In this document: in pieces, positions 1-9,428 of the stretch
How positions within the stretch are numbered: the first letter of the stretch is position 1
Layout: each line of letters starts with the position of its first letter
Position numbers and translations under genes: made by a program
Notes under the pieces: generated by a model
Told to the model about the DNA's origin: nothing
The model's input: the letters and a program-made list of their open reading frames with translations, nothing else
Database searches by the model: none
From: an uncultured Candidatus Binatia bacterium
Lineage (GTDB): Bacteria > Desulfobacterota > Binatia > UBA9968 > JAJDTQ01
Length of the DNA: 64,000 nucleotides
NCBI GenBank assembly: GCA_965242525.1
Contig: OZ251459.1
Coordinates: 416,001 to 480,000, forward strand
Direction of reading: 5' to 3'

Positions 1-851
1 AAATCGGCGAAGGGGCCGCCCAGGTCCAGGTCCGACACCTTGGCGCCGGCTCTGGCGAGCCGCGCCGCGGCCCCTTCCACCAGCGCCCTGGTGTAGTCCC
101 GGGCCCGATCCCACAGGGGCGTGCGGCACAACCCGATGCGCAGGTCCCGGACCGCCGCCGGAGCGAGGGGTTGGAGCGGAGCGCCGGTGACCGCCGCCCG
201 GAACCGCGGCAGGTCCTCCACCGAACGGCCGAAGAGCCCCACCGTGTCGAAAGACGCGGTGTTCTCCTTGACGCCCGACGTGCTGACCTCGCCGTAGCTC
301 GGCTTGTAACCCACGCAGCCGCAATAGGACGCGGGACGGATGACCGACCCCAGGGTCTGCGTGCCGAAGGCCATGAACGCCATGAAGTCCGCCACCGCCG
401 CGGCCGAGCCGCTGGAGGAGCCGCCCGGGGTATGCCCCGGGTGGTGGGGGTTCCTGGTCTTGCCGGGATGGCGGCTGGCGAACTCGGTGGTGACGGTCTT
501 GCCCAGCAGGACCCCGCCCGCGGCCAGGGCCAGGGCCACGCACGCGGCGTCGGCCCGGGGCCGGTAGCCGTCGTAGATGGGCGAGCCGTAGCCCGTGGGC
601 ATGTCCGCGGTGTCCATGATGTCCTTGACCGCGAAGGGAACGCCGTGCAGCGGGCCGCGGCGGGAGGCCCGGTCGCGCTCCCGCGCCTGGGCCAAGGAGT
701 AGTCGGGGTCCAGGTGGACCCAGGCTTCCACCTGGGGTTCCCGCTCCCGGATCCGCTCCAGGCATGCGGCCGTCAGCGCCTCGGAGGTCAGCGCGCCCCG
801 GTCCATCCGTTGGATGGCTTCGCTGGCGGAGAGTCGGCAGGGGTCGTTCAT
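1..851 (-). CDS. Amidase (amidase signature family), runs off the window start
   Basis: Manual translation of the minus strand from ATG at 851: MNDPCRLSASEA...GPLHGVPFAVKD...GKTVTTEFA...TPGGSSSGSAAAVA...GTQTLGSVIRPASYCG, the amidase signature motifs. Confidence 0.9.
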   Translation of the reverse strand, partial: MNDPCRLSASEAIQRMDRGALTSEALTAACLERIREREPQVEAWVHLDPDYSLAQARERDRASRRGPLHGVPFAVKDIMDTADMPTGYGSPIYDGYRPRADAACVALALAAGGVLLGKTVTTEFASRHPGKTRNPHHPGHTPGGSSSGSAAAVADFMAFMAFGTQTLGSVIRPASYCGCVGYKPSYGEVSTSGVKENTASFDTVGLFGRSVEDLPRFRAAVTGAPLQPLAPAAVRDLRIGLCRTPLWDRARDYTRALVEGAAARLARAGAKVSDLDLGGPFAD

Positions 852-916
852 GGTCGGGTTCCTCCGGTTCGGGTCGTGGTCGAAGGAAGCTATTCGAACG
901 CCGCGTTCCTTGTCAA

Positions 917-1100
917 GGAAACTCCGAACAATTGCCCCGTTCGTCCTGAGCGCAGCGAAGCGAAGTCGAAGGACGCGCGCGGTGTGTGTAGTCCTGCCAC
1001 CGGCGAACGCACCGTTCGTCCTGAGCGTAGCGAAGCGAAGTCGAAGGACGCGCTTTCCCATGTGGAGAGGCGCTTCGAGCCGGAATTGTTCAGAGGTTCC
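917..1100. mobile_element. MITE copy 1 (IS5-like ends) with two REP-like units; 4-bp target duplication TCAA
   Basis: Ends GGAAACTCCGAACAATT and AATTGTTCAGAGGTTCC; TCAA at 913-916 and 1101-1104. Confidence 0.75.
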
Positions 1101-1250
1101 TCAAGGCGCGCCCCCGTCCGCAACCGGCCAAGGGTCTTCTGCCCGATCCGGCTTGACATCCCGCCGCGGGAACCATAGGGTCTGGAACCACGCTCGTCCT
1201 GCATGGGAGCGTACCGAGGCCGTCAACTCCGGACCACACGGGAGGACACC

Positions 1251-2291
1251 ATGACCAGGAAACTCGCGTTGGCGTTTTTGGCTCTGGGCACGGCGGTGGC
1301 CTTGTCCGGGGCCGCGGCCCACGCCGCGACCGACAACTTCTTTGCCGGCAAGACCATCCGCATCGTCGTGGCCTATTCGCCCGGCGGCGGGTTCGACGCC
1401 TACTCGCGCATGCTCGCGCGCCACATGCCCAGGCACATCCCCGGCAACCCCACGGTGGTGGTCCAGAACCGTCCGGGGGCCGGCGGCCTCATCAGCAGCA
1501 ACTTCCTCTACAACAAGGCTAGGCCCGACGGCCTGACCATCGGCAACTGGATCGGCGGGCTGATCCTGCAGCAGTACCTGGGGAACAAGGGGGTCCGCTT
1601 CGACGCGGCCAAGTTCGAGTGGATCGGCGCGCCGGTGCGGATCCACAACGTGTGCATCGTCACGCGGCAGAGCGGCATCCTCGACGTGGACAAGTGGCGC
1701 GCGGCAAAGGAGCCGGTGAAGCTCGGCGGCGGCCGGCCCGGCTCCACCACCTGGGACATCCCGCGCATCCTCATCAACCACACGGACCTTCCCACCCGGC
1801 TCATCGAAGGCTACGGCGGCACCGCGCCGGTGCGGCTGGCCGCGGAGCGGGGGGAGCTGGCCGGCGTGTGCGCGAGCTGGGAGGGACTCAGGAACCCCTG
1901 GGCCGCGGCCCTGGCCAAGGGCGACGTGAAGGTGGTGCTGCAACTGGTGGACAAGCCCCACCCGGACCTGGCCAAGGTCCCCCTGGCCAGGGACATCATG
2001 AAGTCGGACGAGGGCCGGCTGGTGCTCAAGACCGTGGTCCACGACATCGGCGGCTCCCTCAACCGTCCGTACTCGCTGCCCCCGGGCACGCCCCGGGACC
2101 GGGTGATGATCCTGCGCCGGGCCTTCGACGCCGCCATGAAGGCCCCCGAGCTCCTGGCCGAAGCCCGGAAGTCCAGGTTCGACGTCAACCCCGTCTCCGG
2201 CGAGGAAGTGGAGCGGCTCGTGGCCGACATCGCCAAGCTGCCGCCGGAGTTGATGGACACCATCCGGAAGACCTTCGCGCCGAAACGGTAA
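1251..2291 (+). CDS. Tripartite tricarboxylate transporter substrate-binding protein (Bug/TctC family)
   Basis: GGAGG upstream of ATG 1251; signal peptide; motifs GKTIRIVVAYSPGGGFD, VVQNRPGAGG, PDGLTIG. Confidence 0.9.
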   Translation: MTRKLALAFLALGTAVALSGAAAHAATDNFFAGKTIRIVVAYSPGGGFDAYSRMLARHMPRHIPGNPTVVVQNRPGAGGLISSNFLYNKARPDGLTIGNWIGGLILQQYLGNKGVRFDAAKFEWIGAPVRIHNVCIVTRQSGILDVDKWRAAKEPVKLGGGRPGSTTWDIPRILINHTDLPTRLIEGYGGTAPVRLAAERGELAGVCASWEGLRNPWAAALAKGDVKVVLQLVDKPHPDLAKVPLARDIMKSDEGRLVLKTVVHDIGGSLNRPYSLPPGTPRDRVMILRRAFDAAMKAPELLAEARKSRFDVNPVSGEEVERLVADIAKLPPELMDTIRKTFAPKR

Positions 2292-2371
2292 CGGGCGCCG
2301 CGGGCGGGAAACGGGGGGAGGGAGCTTGACTCAGGGCGCCTCCCCCTGTTTCATTGGCGGTGGTTCGACCA

Positions 2372-2998
2372 ATGGCTCGCGCTTCGGGACTGGCGTACAG
2401 CATTCACACGCCGCGGCTCATCCTCCGTTGCTGGCATCCCACGGACGCCACCCTGCTCCAGAGAGAGATCAACGACAACCTCGACCACCTGCGCCCGTGG
2501 ATGGACTGGGCGCTGCAGGAGCCGGAGACCCTCGACATGAAGACGGAGCGGCTGCGGCGGTTCCGGGACGACTTCCTTGCCCGGCGGGACTTCGTTTACG
2601 GCATATTCGCCGCGGGCGGGGTCCGCATCGTGGGGGGCACGGGACTCCACACCCGGGAGAACAAGGACGCGCGGGAGATCGGCTACTGGATCGGCCGCGC
2701 CTACAGCGGCAAGGGGCTGGCCACCGAGTCCACCGGGGCGTTGACCCGGGTGGCCTTCGAGATCAACCGGGTGGAGCGGGTCGAGATACGCTGCGACCCG
2801 CGCAACCGGGCCAGCGCCCGGGTGGCGGAGAAACTCGGCTTCCTCCACCGGACCACGCTGTACGGCAACAAGACCGATGCCGCGGGGGAGTTGCGGGACA
2901 CCATGGTGTGGGCCATGGACGCTCAAGAGTACCCGGGCAGCCGCGCGTCCGCCGCGTCGGTCGCCGCGTACAGCCGGGCCCGGATACGCATCCTGTGA
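2372..2998 (+). CDS. GNAT N-acetyltransferase (RimJ/RimL family)
   Basis: TPRLILR, EIGYWIG...GKGLATE, NRASARVAEKLGF. Confidence 0.9.
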   Translation: MARASGLAYSIHTPRLILRCWHPTDATLLQREINDNLDHLRPWMDWALQEPETLDMKTERLRRFRDDFLARRDFVYGIFAAGGVRIVGGTGLHTRENKDAREIGYWIGRAYSGKGLATESTGALTRVAFEINRVERVEIRCDPRNRASARVAEKLGFLHRTTLYGNKTDAAGELRDTMVWAMDAQEYPGSRASAASVAAYSRARIRIL

Positions 2999-3076
2999 CC
3001 GCCGCGGCCGCAGCGTCCCGCCCCTTCGCCCCGCGGTCGCATCTCACCCCAGCCAGGGAGAGGGGGAGAAACGCAG

Positions 3077-3284
3077 GGAAACCCCGGATGATTGGACGGG
3101 GGACATGAGCGCGTCCTTCGACTCCGCTTCGCTACGCTCAGGACGAACGGGGATCAGGACGCGCAGGGGTGGGAGTGCGAATAGCGGCGACGTATTCCGG
3201 CTGCAAGCGAGATCAGGACGCGCAGGGATAGGAGAGTCAGGGTGAGGGATTTCGTCTTCCATGCCTCGATTGTTCGGGGTTTCC
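3077..3284. mobile_element. MITE copy 2; 4-bp target duplication GCAG
   Basis: GGAAACCCCGGATGATTG ... CGATTGTTCGGGGTTTCC; GCAG at 3073-3076 and 3285-3288; internal REP-like unit. Confidence 0.7.
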
Positions 3285-3291
3285 GCAGAAG

Positions 3292-4422
3292 CTACCGGAT
3301 GCCGTACAGCCGCGCCGCGTTGTCCGCGGTCAGGCGCCGGCGCATGGTCTCGCTCAGGCCGCCCATGGTCTGCTCGATGAACTCGCGGGAGTCGGGCCAC
3401 ACCCCGTCCCGGTGGGGGTAGTCCGACGCCCAGCAGAAGTTCTCCGGGGCGTATTCTTCGGCCAAGTGCGCGCCCACCTTGTCGTCCTGGAACGTGGCCC
3501 ACATCTGGCGCCGGAACAGCACGCTGGGGGGCGTGCGGATCATGCCCTCGTACTCGCCTTCCCGGAACTTGGTGTCCAGGCGCTCCAGCACGTAGGGGAT
3601 CCAGCCGATGTGGCTCTCGGCCATCACCACCTTGAGGGCGGGATGGCGCTCCAGGGCGCCGCACAGGAGGATGGACACGAGGCACTCGTCGGCCTGCATG
3701 GCCACCACCGCGAGGTGGGCCTGGTAGGAGACCTTGGGGATGTTCCGGCGGAGCTTCTCTTCGGCGTTCCTGGGGCCCACGGTGGTGGTGCCGTGCCCCG
3801 CGCCGATGTGGAAGGACAGGGCCACTTCCTCCTCCTCGGCCGCGGCCCACATGGGCTCCCACATCTCGTGCCAGACGGGCGCGGGGCCGTTGAAGAAGTC
3901 GAACAGCGCGCCCTTGAGGCCCAGGCCGTTGCGCCCCACGCGGCGGATCTCCCCGGCTGCGGCCTCGGGCGAATGGGCGGGGACGTCCGCGATGCCGATG
4001 AAGCGCTGGGGGTCGTGCGCGCAGAACTCGGCGATGAAGTCGTTGTAGGCCCGGTAGGTGGCGGTGACCACGTGGGGGTCCTCGATGCTGTCCTCCACGA
4101 AGCGGATGCCGTAGATGACCTCCGCGGCGATGCCGTCCATGTCCAGGTCCCGGGCCCGGAGCTTCGGGTCCGACGGATGGGTGGGCTCCCAGCCGGCTTC
4201 GCGCATGCGCCGCCCCCGGTGGTTGGTCATGGGCTGCCGCCCCATCCACGCCCGGTGTCCGCCCATGACCACGCCGTCGCCGACCCACGTGGGCTTGCCG
4301 TCCACCATGCGCACGTTGGGCACGCGCTCCTTCATGCTCGCCGGCGCCCGGGACGTGAAGGTGTCCTCGTCGAGGTAGAACAGGTCCATGTGTCCGTCGG
4401 CAGAGATCACTCGGTCGCTCAT
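3292..4422 (-). CDS. Amidohydrolase_2 family protein
   Basis: VISADGH, RAYNDFIAEFC, FHIG, ESHIGW, WASDYPH. Confidence 0.9.
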   Translation of the reverse strand: MSDRVISADGHMDLFYLDEDTFTSRAPASMKERVPNVRMVDGKPTWVGDGVVMGGHRAWMGRQPMTNHRGRRMREAGWEPTHPSDPKLRARDLDMDGIAAEVIYGIRFVEDSIEDPHVVTATYRAYNDFIAEFCAHDPQRFIGIADVPAHSPEAAAGEIRRVGRNGLGLKGALFDFFNGPAPVWHEMWEPMWAAAEEEEVALSFHIGAGHGTTTVGPRNAEEKLRRNIPKVSYQAHLAVVAMQADECLVSILLCGALERHPALKVVMAESHIGWIPYVLERLDTKFREGEYEGMIRTPPSVLFRRQMWATFQDDKVGAHLAEEYAPENFCWASDYPHRDGVWPDSREFIEQTMGGLSETMRRRLTADNAARLYGIR

Positions 4423-4642
4423 GGTGGTTCCCTCCGTCCCTCGGCCTTCCATGCGCCGCATGACGCAGGCCGGCCCGCCCCGGCAGGCCCGGTCGATGGC
4501 CATGCCTCTTTCGGGCCAAATCTATTGCCTGACGGGTCGGACTGTCAAACTGGACATCCGCGGCCATTTCGTCTAAGTCCCGGGGATTGGCGGGCGGTTC
4601 GAGGACCGGCCGCCGGTCCACCCAAGGAGGTCGAGGGCAACG

Positions 4643-5236
4643 ATGGCAGAGTTGGTCGATCCGCTGCGGCACCACGATTGGAATTCGGAAGAGTACGTCG
4701 AGGACTGGGCGAACCGCCAGAGGGTGAACGAGACCCTGAGGAACCGGCAGTTCACGCTGCTTGCCGGGCTCGTGCCCATGGGACGGGAAGACCCTTTCCG
4801 GTTCATGGACGTGGGCTGCGGTTACGGCGCCCTCAGCCGGTTCCTGCTCGAACACTTTCCCGGCGCCACCGCGGTGTGCCACGACGGCTCGGCCGCCATG
4901 GCCAAGCTGGGCGGCGAACGCATGAGGCATCTGGAAGGGCGGTTCGAGTACGTGATCTCCGACTTCAGCAAGAGGGACTGGAGCCGGGCGGCCGAGGGCG
5001 AGTTCGACCTCGTGGTCTCGTGCAACGCCATCCACAACGTCCGGCTCGGCCCCGTCATCGAGGCGGTGTACGAGGAGATCTTCGGGCGGGTCCGTTCGGG
5101 CGGACGGTTCTTCAACCTCGATCGGGGCTCCGCGGTCCAGGACCAGCTCGACTGGTTCCGGAGCGCGGGGTTCCAGGACGTGGAGTGCCACGAAAAGGGC
5201 TCGGGGCTCTCCCTCTACGGCGGCGCCAAGCCCTGA
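4643..5236 (+). CDS. Class I SAM-dependent methyltransferase
   Basis: MDVGCGYG motif I; FDLVVSCNAIH; AAGGAGG Shine-Dalgarno. Confidence 0.85.
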   Translation: MAELVDPLRHHDWNSEEYVEDWANRQRVNETLRNRQFTLLAGLVPMGREDPFRFMDVGCGYGALSRFLLEHFPGATAVCHDGSAAMAKLGGERMRHLEGRFEYVISDFSKRDWSRAAEGEFDLVVSCNAIHNVRLGPVIEAVYEEIFGRVRSGGRFFNLDRGSAVQDQLDWFRSAGFQDVECHEKGSGLSLYGGAKP

Positions 5237-5258
5237 CGTCCCCGGGGCGCCTTGCTCC

Positions 5259-6434
5259 ATGACCGGAGCGCAGGTCGGCAACCTCGCGCTGTTGTACGGC
5301 ACCACCCTGCTCATGAGCCTGGGGCAGGGCATGGTGTTCCCCACCATCCCGCTGCTGGCGTCGTCCTTCGACGTGTCCGCGGGCCTCGCGGTGCAGGTGG
5401 TCACGGCCCATGCCCTGGGCCGGACGGTCTCGCTCATCCCCGCGGGTCTCCTCATCGACCGGTACGGGACCAGGACCGCCATGTTGGCAGGGGGGTCCCT
5501 GGTGCTGTCCGGGGCGTGGTTGACGGCCGCCACCCCTTACCTGGGCTTGCTCTTCCTGGGGCAGTTCCTGGCCGGGGTCGGCGAAAGCGTCTGGACCATG
5601 GGGCGCGAGGTCTCCGGCGTCCAGTCGGTGACGCAGGACCAGCGCGGGCGCCTGCTGAGCGGCTTCATGGGGGTGAAGTCCGCGGGCATGGCCATCGGAC
5701 CGGTGGCGGGCGGCGTCATCGCGGAGTGGGCCGGGTTCCGGACCGTGTTCGCGGCCTATGCCGGGGCCGCGGCCCTGGTGCTGCTCACGTCGCTCTTGTC
5801 CGGGAAGGACGCGGCCCGGGGCGCGGTGGGCAAGCTCTCCTGGTGGGGCAAGGTCTCGGACGTGGCCCCCGGCTTGCGGCCCACGTTCGTGGCGCTGGTG
5901 GCCGCGACCTTCGCCATGCAGATGTACCGCACCACGCTGCAAGGCATGCTGCCGCTCTACGCGGGCGTCGAGTTGGGCTTTTCCGCGGCGCGGGTGGGCC
6001 GCCTGTTCGGCGTGTCCGGCCTCTTCGTCCTGCTCATGATCCTGCCCGCGGGCCTCATCACGGACCGGGTGGGCCGCAAGTACGCCAGCGTTCCCAGCAC
6101 CGCGCTGCCCGGGGTGGCCTTCCTCGCCTTTCCCCTTGCCTCGACCCTGCCGCAGCTCATGGTCATCATGATCCTGGTCGGCCTGGCCCAGGGCATGTCC
6201 CTGGGGGCCCTGTCCGTTTCCACCTACGACGTGATACCCGATTCCGCCCGGGGACGGCTCCAGGGGCTCCGCCGCACCGTGGGCGAGTCGGGCGCGGTAG
6301 TCGGCCCGCTCGTGGGCGGTTGGCTGGCCCACCTGTTCAGCGCCGGCCGGACGTTCCTCTTCTATGCGCCGCTCCTGCTGGCCGCGGCCGCGGGTTTGGC
6401 CTTCGTGGCCAAGGAGACACTGGTGAGGAAGTGA
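5259..6434 (+). CDS. MFS transporter
   Basis: About 12 hydrophobic segments; motif A-like GLLIDRYGTR and GLITDRVGRK. Confidence 0.9.
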   Translation: MTGAQVGNLALLYGTTLLMSLGQGMVFPTIPLLASSFDVSAGLAVQVVTAHALGRTVSLIPAGLLIDRYGTRTAMLAGGSLVLSGAWLTAATPYLGLLFLGQFLAGVGESVWTMGREVSGVQSVTQDQRGRLLSGFMGVKSAGMAIGPVAGGVIAEWAGFRTVFAAYAGAAALVLLTSLLSGKDAARGAVGKLSWWGKVSDVAPGLRPTFVALVAATFAMQMYRTTLQGMLPLYAGVELGFSAARVGRLFGVSGLFVLLMILPAGLITDRVGRKYASVPSTALPGVAFLAFPLASTLPQLMVIMILVGLAQGMSLGALSVSTYDVIPDSARGRLQGLRRTVGESGAVVGPLVGGWLAHLFSAGRTFLFYAPLLLAAAAGLAFVAKETLVRK

Positions 6435-6866
6435 GGCGGAGTTGGCGGAGGGGTCCGGGAAGCCGCGCCCGCCTAGATCTGCTTGGGTTGGCGGCTTGGC
6501 GCGGTTTTGGTGAAGCCCTCGAACAAGCCTTCCAGTCGCGCCATGCGTTCCCGGAGGTCGCTGATGTCCCGGCGCACGTCGGTGACTTCCAGGCGTACGT
6601 CCTTGATTTCCTGGCGCATGGCCCGTTGGCCCGGGACGATGACGGCCGCCAGGGCGATGGCGGTTCCGACGATGGTCAGGACGATGGTCGCCGTGGTTAT
6701 GAGGTCGCGTCTCATGGGTCCACGTTACCGCCGGACGGCGGGGGTGTCAAGGTCGAGGGAGGCAGAGCCTATACCGGGCATGTCTCACTCTGGCCGCTGC
6801 CGCGGCGCTCCTGTTCGCCGCGGACTTGTCCTTCGCAGCCAGGGAGACGCTGGCGAGGAAGTGAGG
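6366..6866 (+). repeat. Degenerate direct repeat of the MFS gene 3' end (6366-6436 vs 6802-6866)
   Basis: ...CCTTCGTGGCCAAGGAGACACTGGTGAGGAAGTGAGG vs ...CCTTCGCAGCCAGGGAGACGCTGGCGAGGAAGTGAGG. Confidence 0.7.
6473..6715 (-). CDS. Small protein with N-terminal TM helix and coiled coil
   Basis: 80 aa; hydrophobic N-terminus then heptads ending RERMARLEGLFEG. Confidence 0.7.
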   Translation of the reverse strand: MRRDLITTATIVLTIVGTAIALAAVIVPGQRAMRQEIKDVRLEVTDVRRDISDLRERMARLEGLFEGFTKTAPSRQPKQI

Positions 6867-6942
6867 GGCCAAGCGGCGCGATGCCCCGATGTTCGATGCT
6901 TCACGAACGTCGGACGGCCCGGGCGTTTCCCGTTTCGCTTCA

Positions 6943-7050
6943 GGAACCCCTGATCGATCAGGACAGGGGGCATGAGCACATCCTTCGACTCCGCTTCGCT
7001 ACGCTCAGGACGAACGGGACAGGAGGGTGTGTCTCGATTGTTCAGGTTCC
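6943..7050. mobile_element. MITE copy 3 (short); imperfect duplication TTCA/CTCA
   Basis: GGAACCCCTGATCGATC ... CGATTGTTCAGGTTCC with internal TCCTTCGACTCCGCTTCGCTACGCTCAGGACGAACGG. Confidence 0.6.
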
Positions 7051-7051
7051 C

Positions 7052-8113
7052 TCACCGTACCCGCCGTCCACGCGCGGTGAGCCGGTATTTCTGGTTCCTG
7101 TGGGTGGGGGATTCCGGATGGGTCATCTCCACCAGCCCCGCGGACATGGCCGGACCCAGGTAGTTCTTGCGGAACGTGGGACGATGGGACAGCCCCATGT
7201 CCGCCATGAGTCGAGCCGCGGTCTTCGGGCCTTTCCGCAAGGCCGCGAGCAGCCGTGCTTCCTGGTCGCTTACCTGGTCGCTTGCTTGGTCGCTCGGCGT
7301 GGGGACCCGCAAGGCCTCGAGGATGGTTTCCAGCATGAACTCGATGAACCGCGTGCTCTCGCCGTCCGCCGAACTTTGCCGGATGGCCTCATAGTAGTCG
7401 TGTTGGCGTGCGTGGACCAGGCTCTCCACCGGGACGTCGGCGAACAGCGCCTTCCATCGGGTCAGGATCACGGTCTGCCAGAGTCGTCCCATCCGCCCGT
7501 TGCCGTCCTCGAAAGGGTGGATGAACTCCAACTCGTAGTGGAAGACCGAACTGGCGATGAGCGGATGCTCGTCGGCGCCGTCCAGCCACGTCAAGAGGCC
7601 GGCCATGAGCTCCGGCGCCCGCTCTGCGGGCGGGCCTATGTGGTGGACTTGGCCGGCGCCCATGACGCCTACGTTGGTACGACGGTATCGTCCCGGGGCG
7701 TCCAGCAGTCCGGTCATCAATATCCGGTGGGCGTGCAGAAGGTCGGCTTCGCTGGCCGGGTTCCAGTTCCGATATCGATCGTAGGCATGGATGGCGTTGC
7801 GGGCTTCCTGCACGTCCTTCGGCGGGGCGATGACGGGCTTGCCGTCCAGGATCGTCGAAACCTGCTGCTCGCTGAGGATGTTGCCTTCGATGGCCAGTGA
7901 GCCGTGAACCGTACGGACGCGGTTGATTCGCCGCAAGCGCAAGTCCCGCGCCACGCCCGCGGCCTCCGCCTGGCCGATGGCTTCACCGATCTGCACGACG
8001 CGGGACAGGATGGCCGGCGTGATCGTGTATGGGGGTTTGTCGGAGGGCATGGCGGTCGGTTGCCGTTCAGCGGCGTCCTGCCTTGGACCAATTCTCCAGA
8101 TGGACTTTGCCAT
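7052..8113 (-). CDS. Fic-domain protein with C-terminal HTH
   Basis: Canonical Fic motif HPFEDGNGRMGR; SLAIEGN. The true start may be downstream (MPSDKPPY, about 8050). Confidence 0.9.
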   Translation of the reverse strand: MAKSIWRIGPRQDAAERQPTAMPSDKPPYTITPAILSRVVQIGEAIGQAEAAGVARDLRLRRINRVRTVHGSLAIEGNILSEQQVSTILDGKPVIAPPKDVQEARNAIHAYDRYRNWNPASEADLLHAHRILMTGLLDAPGRYRRTNVGVMGAGQVHHIGPPAERAPELMAGLLTWLDGADEHPLIASSVFHYELEFIHPFEDGNGRMGRLWQTVILTRWKALFADVPVESLVHARQHDYYEAIRQSSADGESTRFIEFMLETILEALRVPTPSDQASDQVSDQEARLLAALRKGPKTAARLMADMGLSHRPTFRKNYLGPAMSAGLVEMTHPESPTHRNQKYRLTARGRRVR

Positions 8114-8135
8114 GCCTGGGGACTAAAATCACCCC

Positions 8136-8399
8136 ATGAGCGGCGCGATCCTGTTCGATACCCACGCGTTCGTGAAGGGCCTGACCGAAGCCGGTATGCC
8201 CGTGGAGCAGGCCGAGGTGCTGGCGCGCTCGCAGGCCGGCCTCATCGACGAAAGGCTGGCCACCAGACGGGGCATGGAGGAACTGGAAATCAGCCTCCGC
8301 CGCGAGATGAAGGAGTTGGAGTTGCGGCTGACCATACGCCTCGGCTCCATGATGGCGGCGGCCGTCGGTGTGGTGGCCGTGCTGGTGAAGCCCCTGTAA
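8136..8399 (+). CDS. DUF1640/CCDC90-like small coiled-coil membrane protein
   Basis: FDTHAFVKGLTEAGMPVEQAE N-terminus, coiled coil, C-terminal TM (LTIRLGSMMAAAVGVVA). Confidence 0.75.
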   Translation: MSGAILFDTHAFVKGLTEAGMPVEQAEVLARSQAGLIDERLATRRGMEELEISLRREMKELELRLTIRLGSMMAAAVGVVAVLVKPL

Positions 8400-8470
8400 C
8401 CGACGTCACGACGGAGGACGACCGTGGGGCTGTCGAGGGCAAGGGATGCTTCGCATATCCCGGGTCCATC

Positions 8471-9328
8471 CTACCCTGCCCTCTGCTGTGGCCCTGGACC
8501 CCGTGTGTCCCAGATCGGAATTGACGTACCGTCGCTACGCCAGCACCGTCGCTCCGACAACTCCTGTGCCACATAGGGCATCAGCGCCTGTCGCGTCCGT
8601 ACCAACAGCTTGCCAGTGTTGGCAATGCCGTATTCGTGCTCGTAGCAAAGCCTTTCCTCTTGGGACAATCCCGGCCACAACAAAAAAGTCCGTTTCTCGA
8701 AGGTGTGCCAGTCGCTGTCGTCTTCCAGGTCAACGAAAGGAAAGTCCCCTCTTGGCCAAGCCTCAAACGCACGAGCAGGAACCACATCGACGTAGCGGTC
8801 GTCCAGTCGATTGCCCAAGGCGTCGCGTCCCTCTGCCCGGTATCCTCTCAGGTGATACCGTCCACGGGATCGGACGACAGCGGACGGGCAAAAGACGAAA
8901 TCCTGGCGTCCCGTCTTCGCCGCATAGATCAGGCTCACGGCTTGCCGTTCCAGGCAAGCAGCGAGGATTACACGAACGGAGCGAGACCGAGTTGACGCGG
9001 AGAGGGACGTGTCGTGCCCGCCTCCGTGCGGCGCTGTCATGGAAAACGGGTTTCCAGGCAGGCAATCCGCTGTCAGAAGCAGGAAAAGGGCGGTATTGGG
9101 ATCGGTCACCGATGGTCCGGGATCGAATTCCTCGACAGGAACGAGACAGCGCTCAGCACCCGGTCGGTAGCGTGGCAAGATTCCGGCGTCCCGCCAATCG
9201 GAGATCAGGCTGCGTGCCGTGCGCTCGGAAACGCCCAGAAAGTCCTGAATTTCCCTTGCTCGAAGGTGACCACGCCAAAACAACATCATCTCGGCGAAGT
9301 AGCGAGCAATTTTCCGGTCAAGATCCAT
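8471..9328 (-). CDS. WYL-domain transcriptional regulator (CapW/BrxR-like), divergent from the cas operon
   Basis: N-terminal wHTH (EIQDFLGVSERTARSLI), WYL core (YAAKT...CPSAVVRSRGRYHLRGY), C-terminal LSQEERLCYEHEYGI...RQALMPY. Confidence 0.8.
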   Translation of the reverse strand: MDLDRKIARYFAEMMLFWRGHLRAREIQDFLGVSERTARSLISDWRDAGILPRYRPGAERCLVPVEEFDPGPSVTDPNTALFLLLTADCLPGNPFSMTAPHGGGHDTSLSASTRSRSVRVILAACLERQAVSLIYAAKTGRQDFVFCPSAVVRSRGRYHLRGYRAEGRDALGNRLDDRYVDVVPARAFEAWPRGDFPFVDLEDDSDWHTFEKRTFLLWPGLSQEERLCYEHEYGIANTGKLLVRTRQALMPYVAQELSERRCWRSDGTSIPIWDTRGPGPQQRAG

Positions 9329-9338
9329 TGCAGATCAG

Positions 9339-9375
9339 ATTATATCTTGCCCTGCAATTATTGCAAGTTGCAATA
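9339..9375. promoter_or_regulatory. Divergent promoter and palindromic operator between the WYL gene and cas6
   Basis: Minus-strand TTGCAA (9366-9361)-16 nt-TATAAT (9344-9339); perfect inverted repeat TATTGCAA-G-TTGCAATA at 9359-9375. Confidence 0.65.
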
Positions 9376-9428
9376 GCTCAGGGATGGTGTTATCCGTTAT
9401 CCTAGTACCGCTTATTGGAGAGTCGTCT

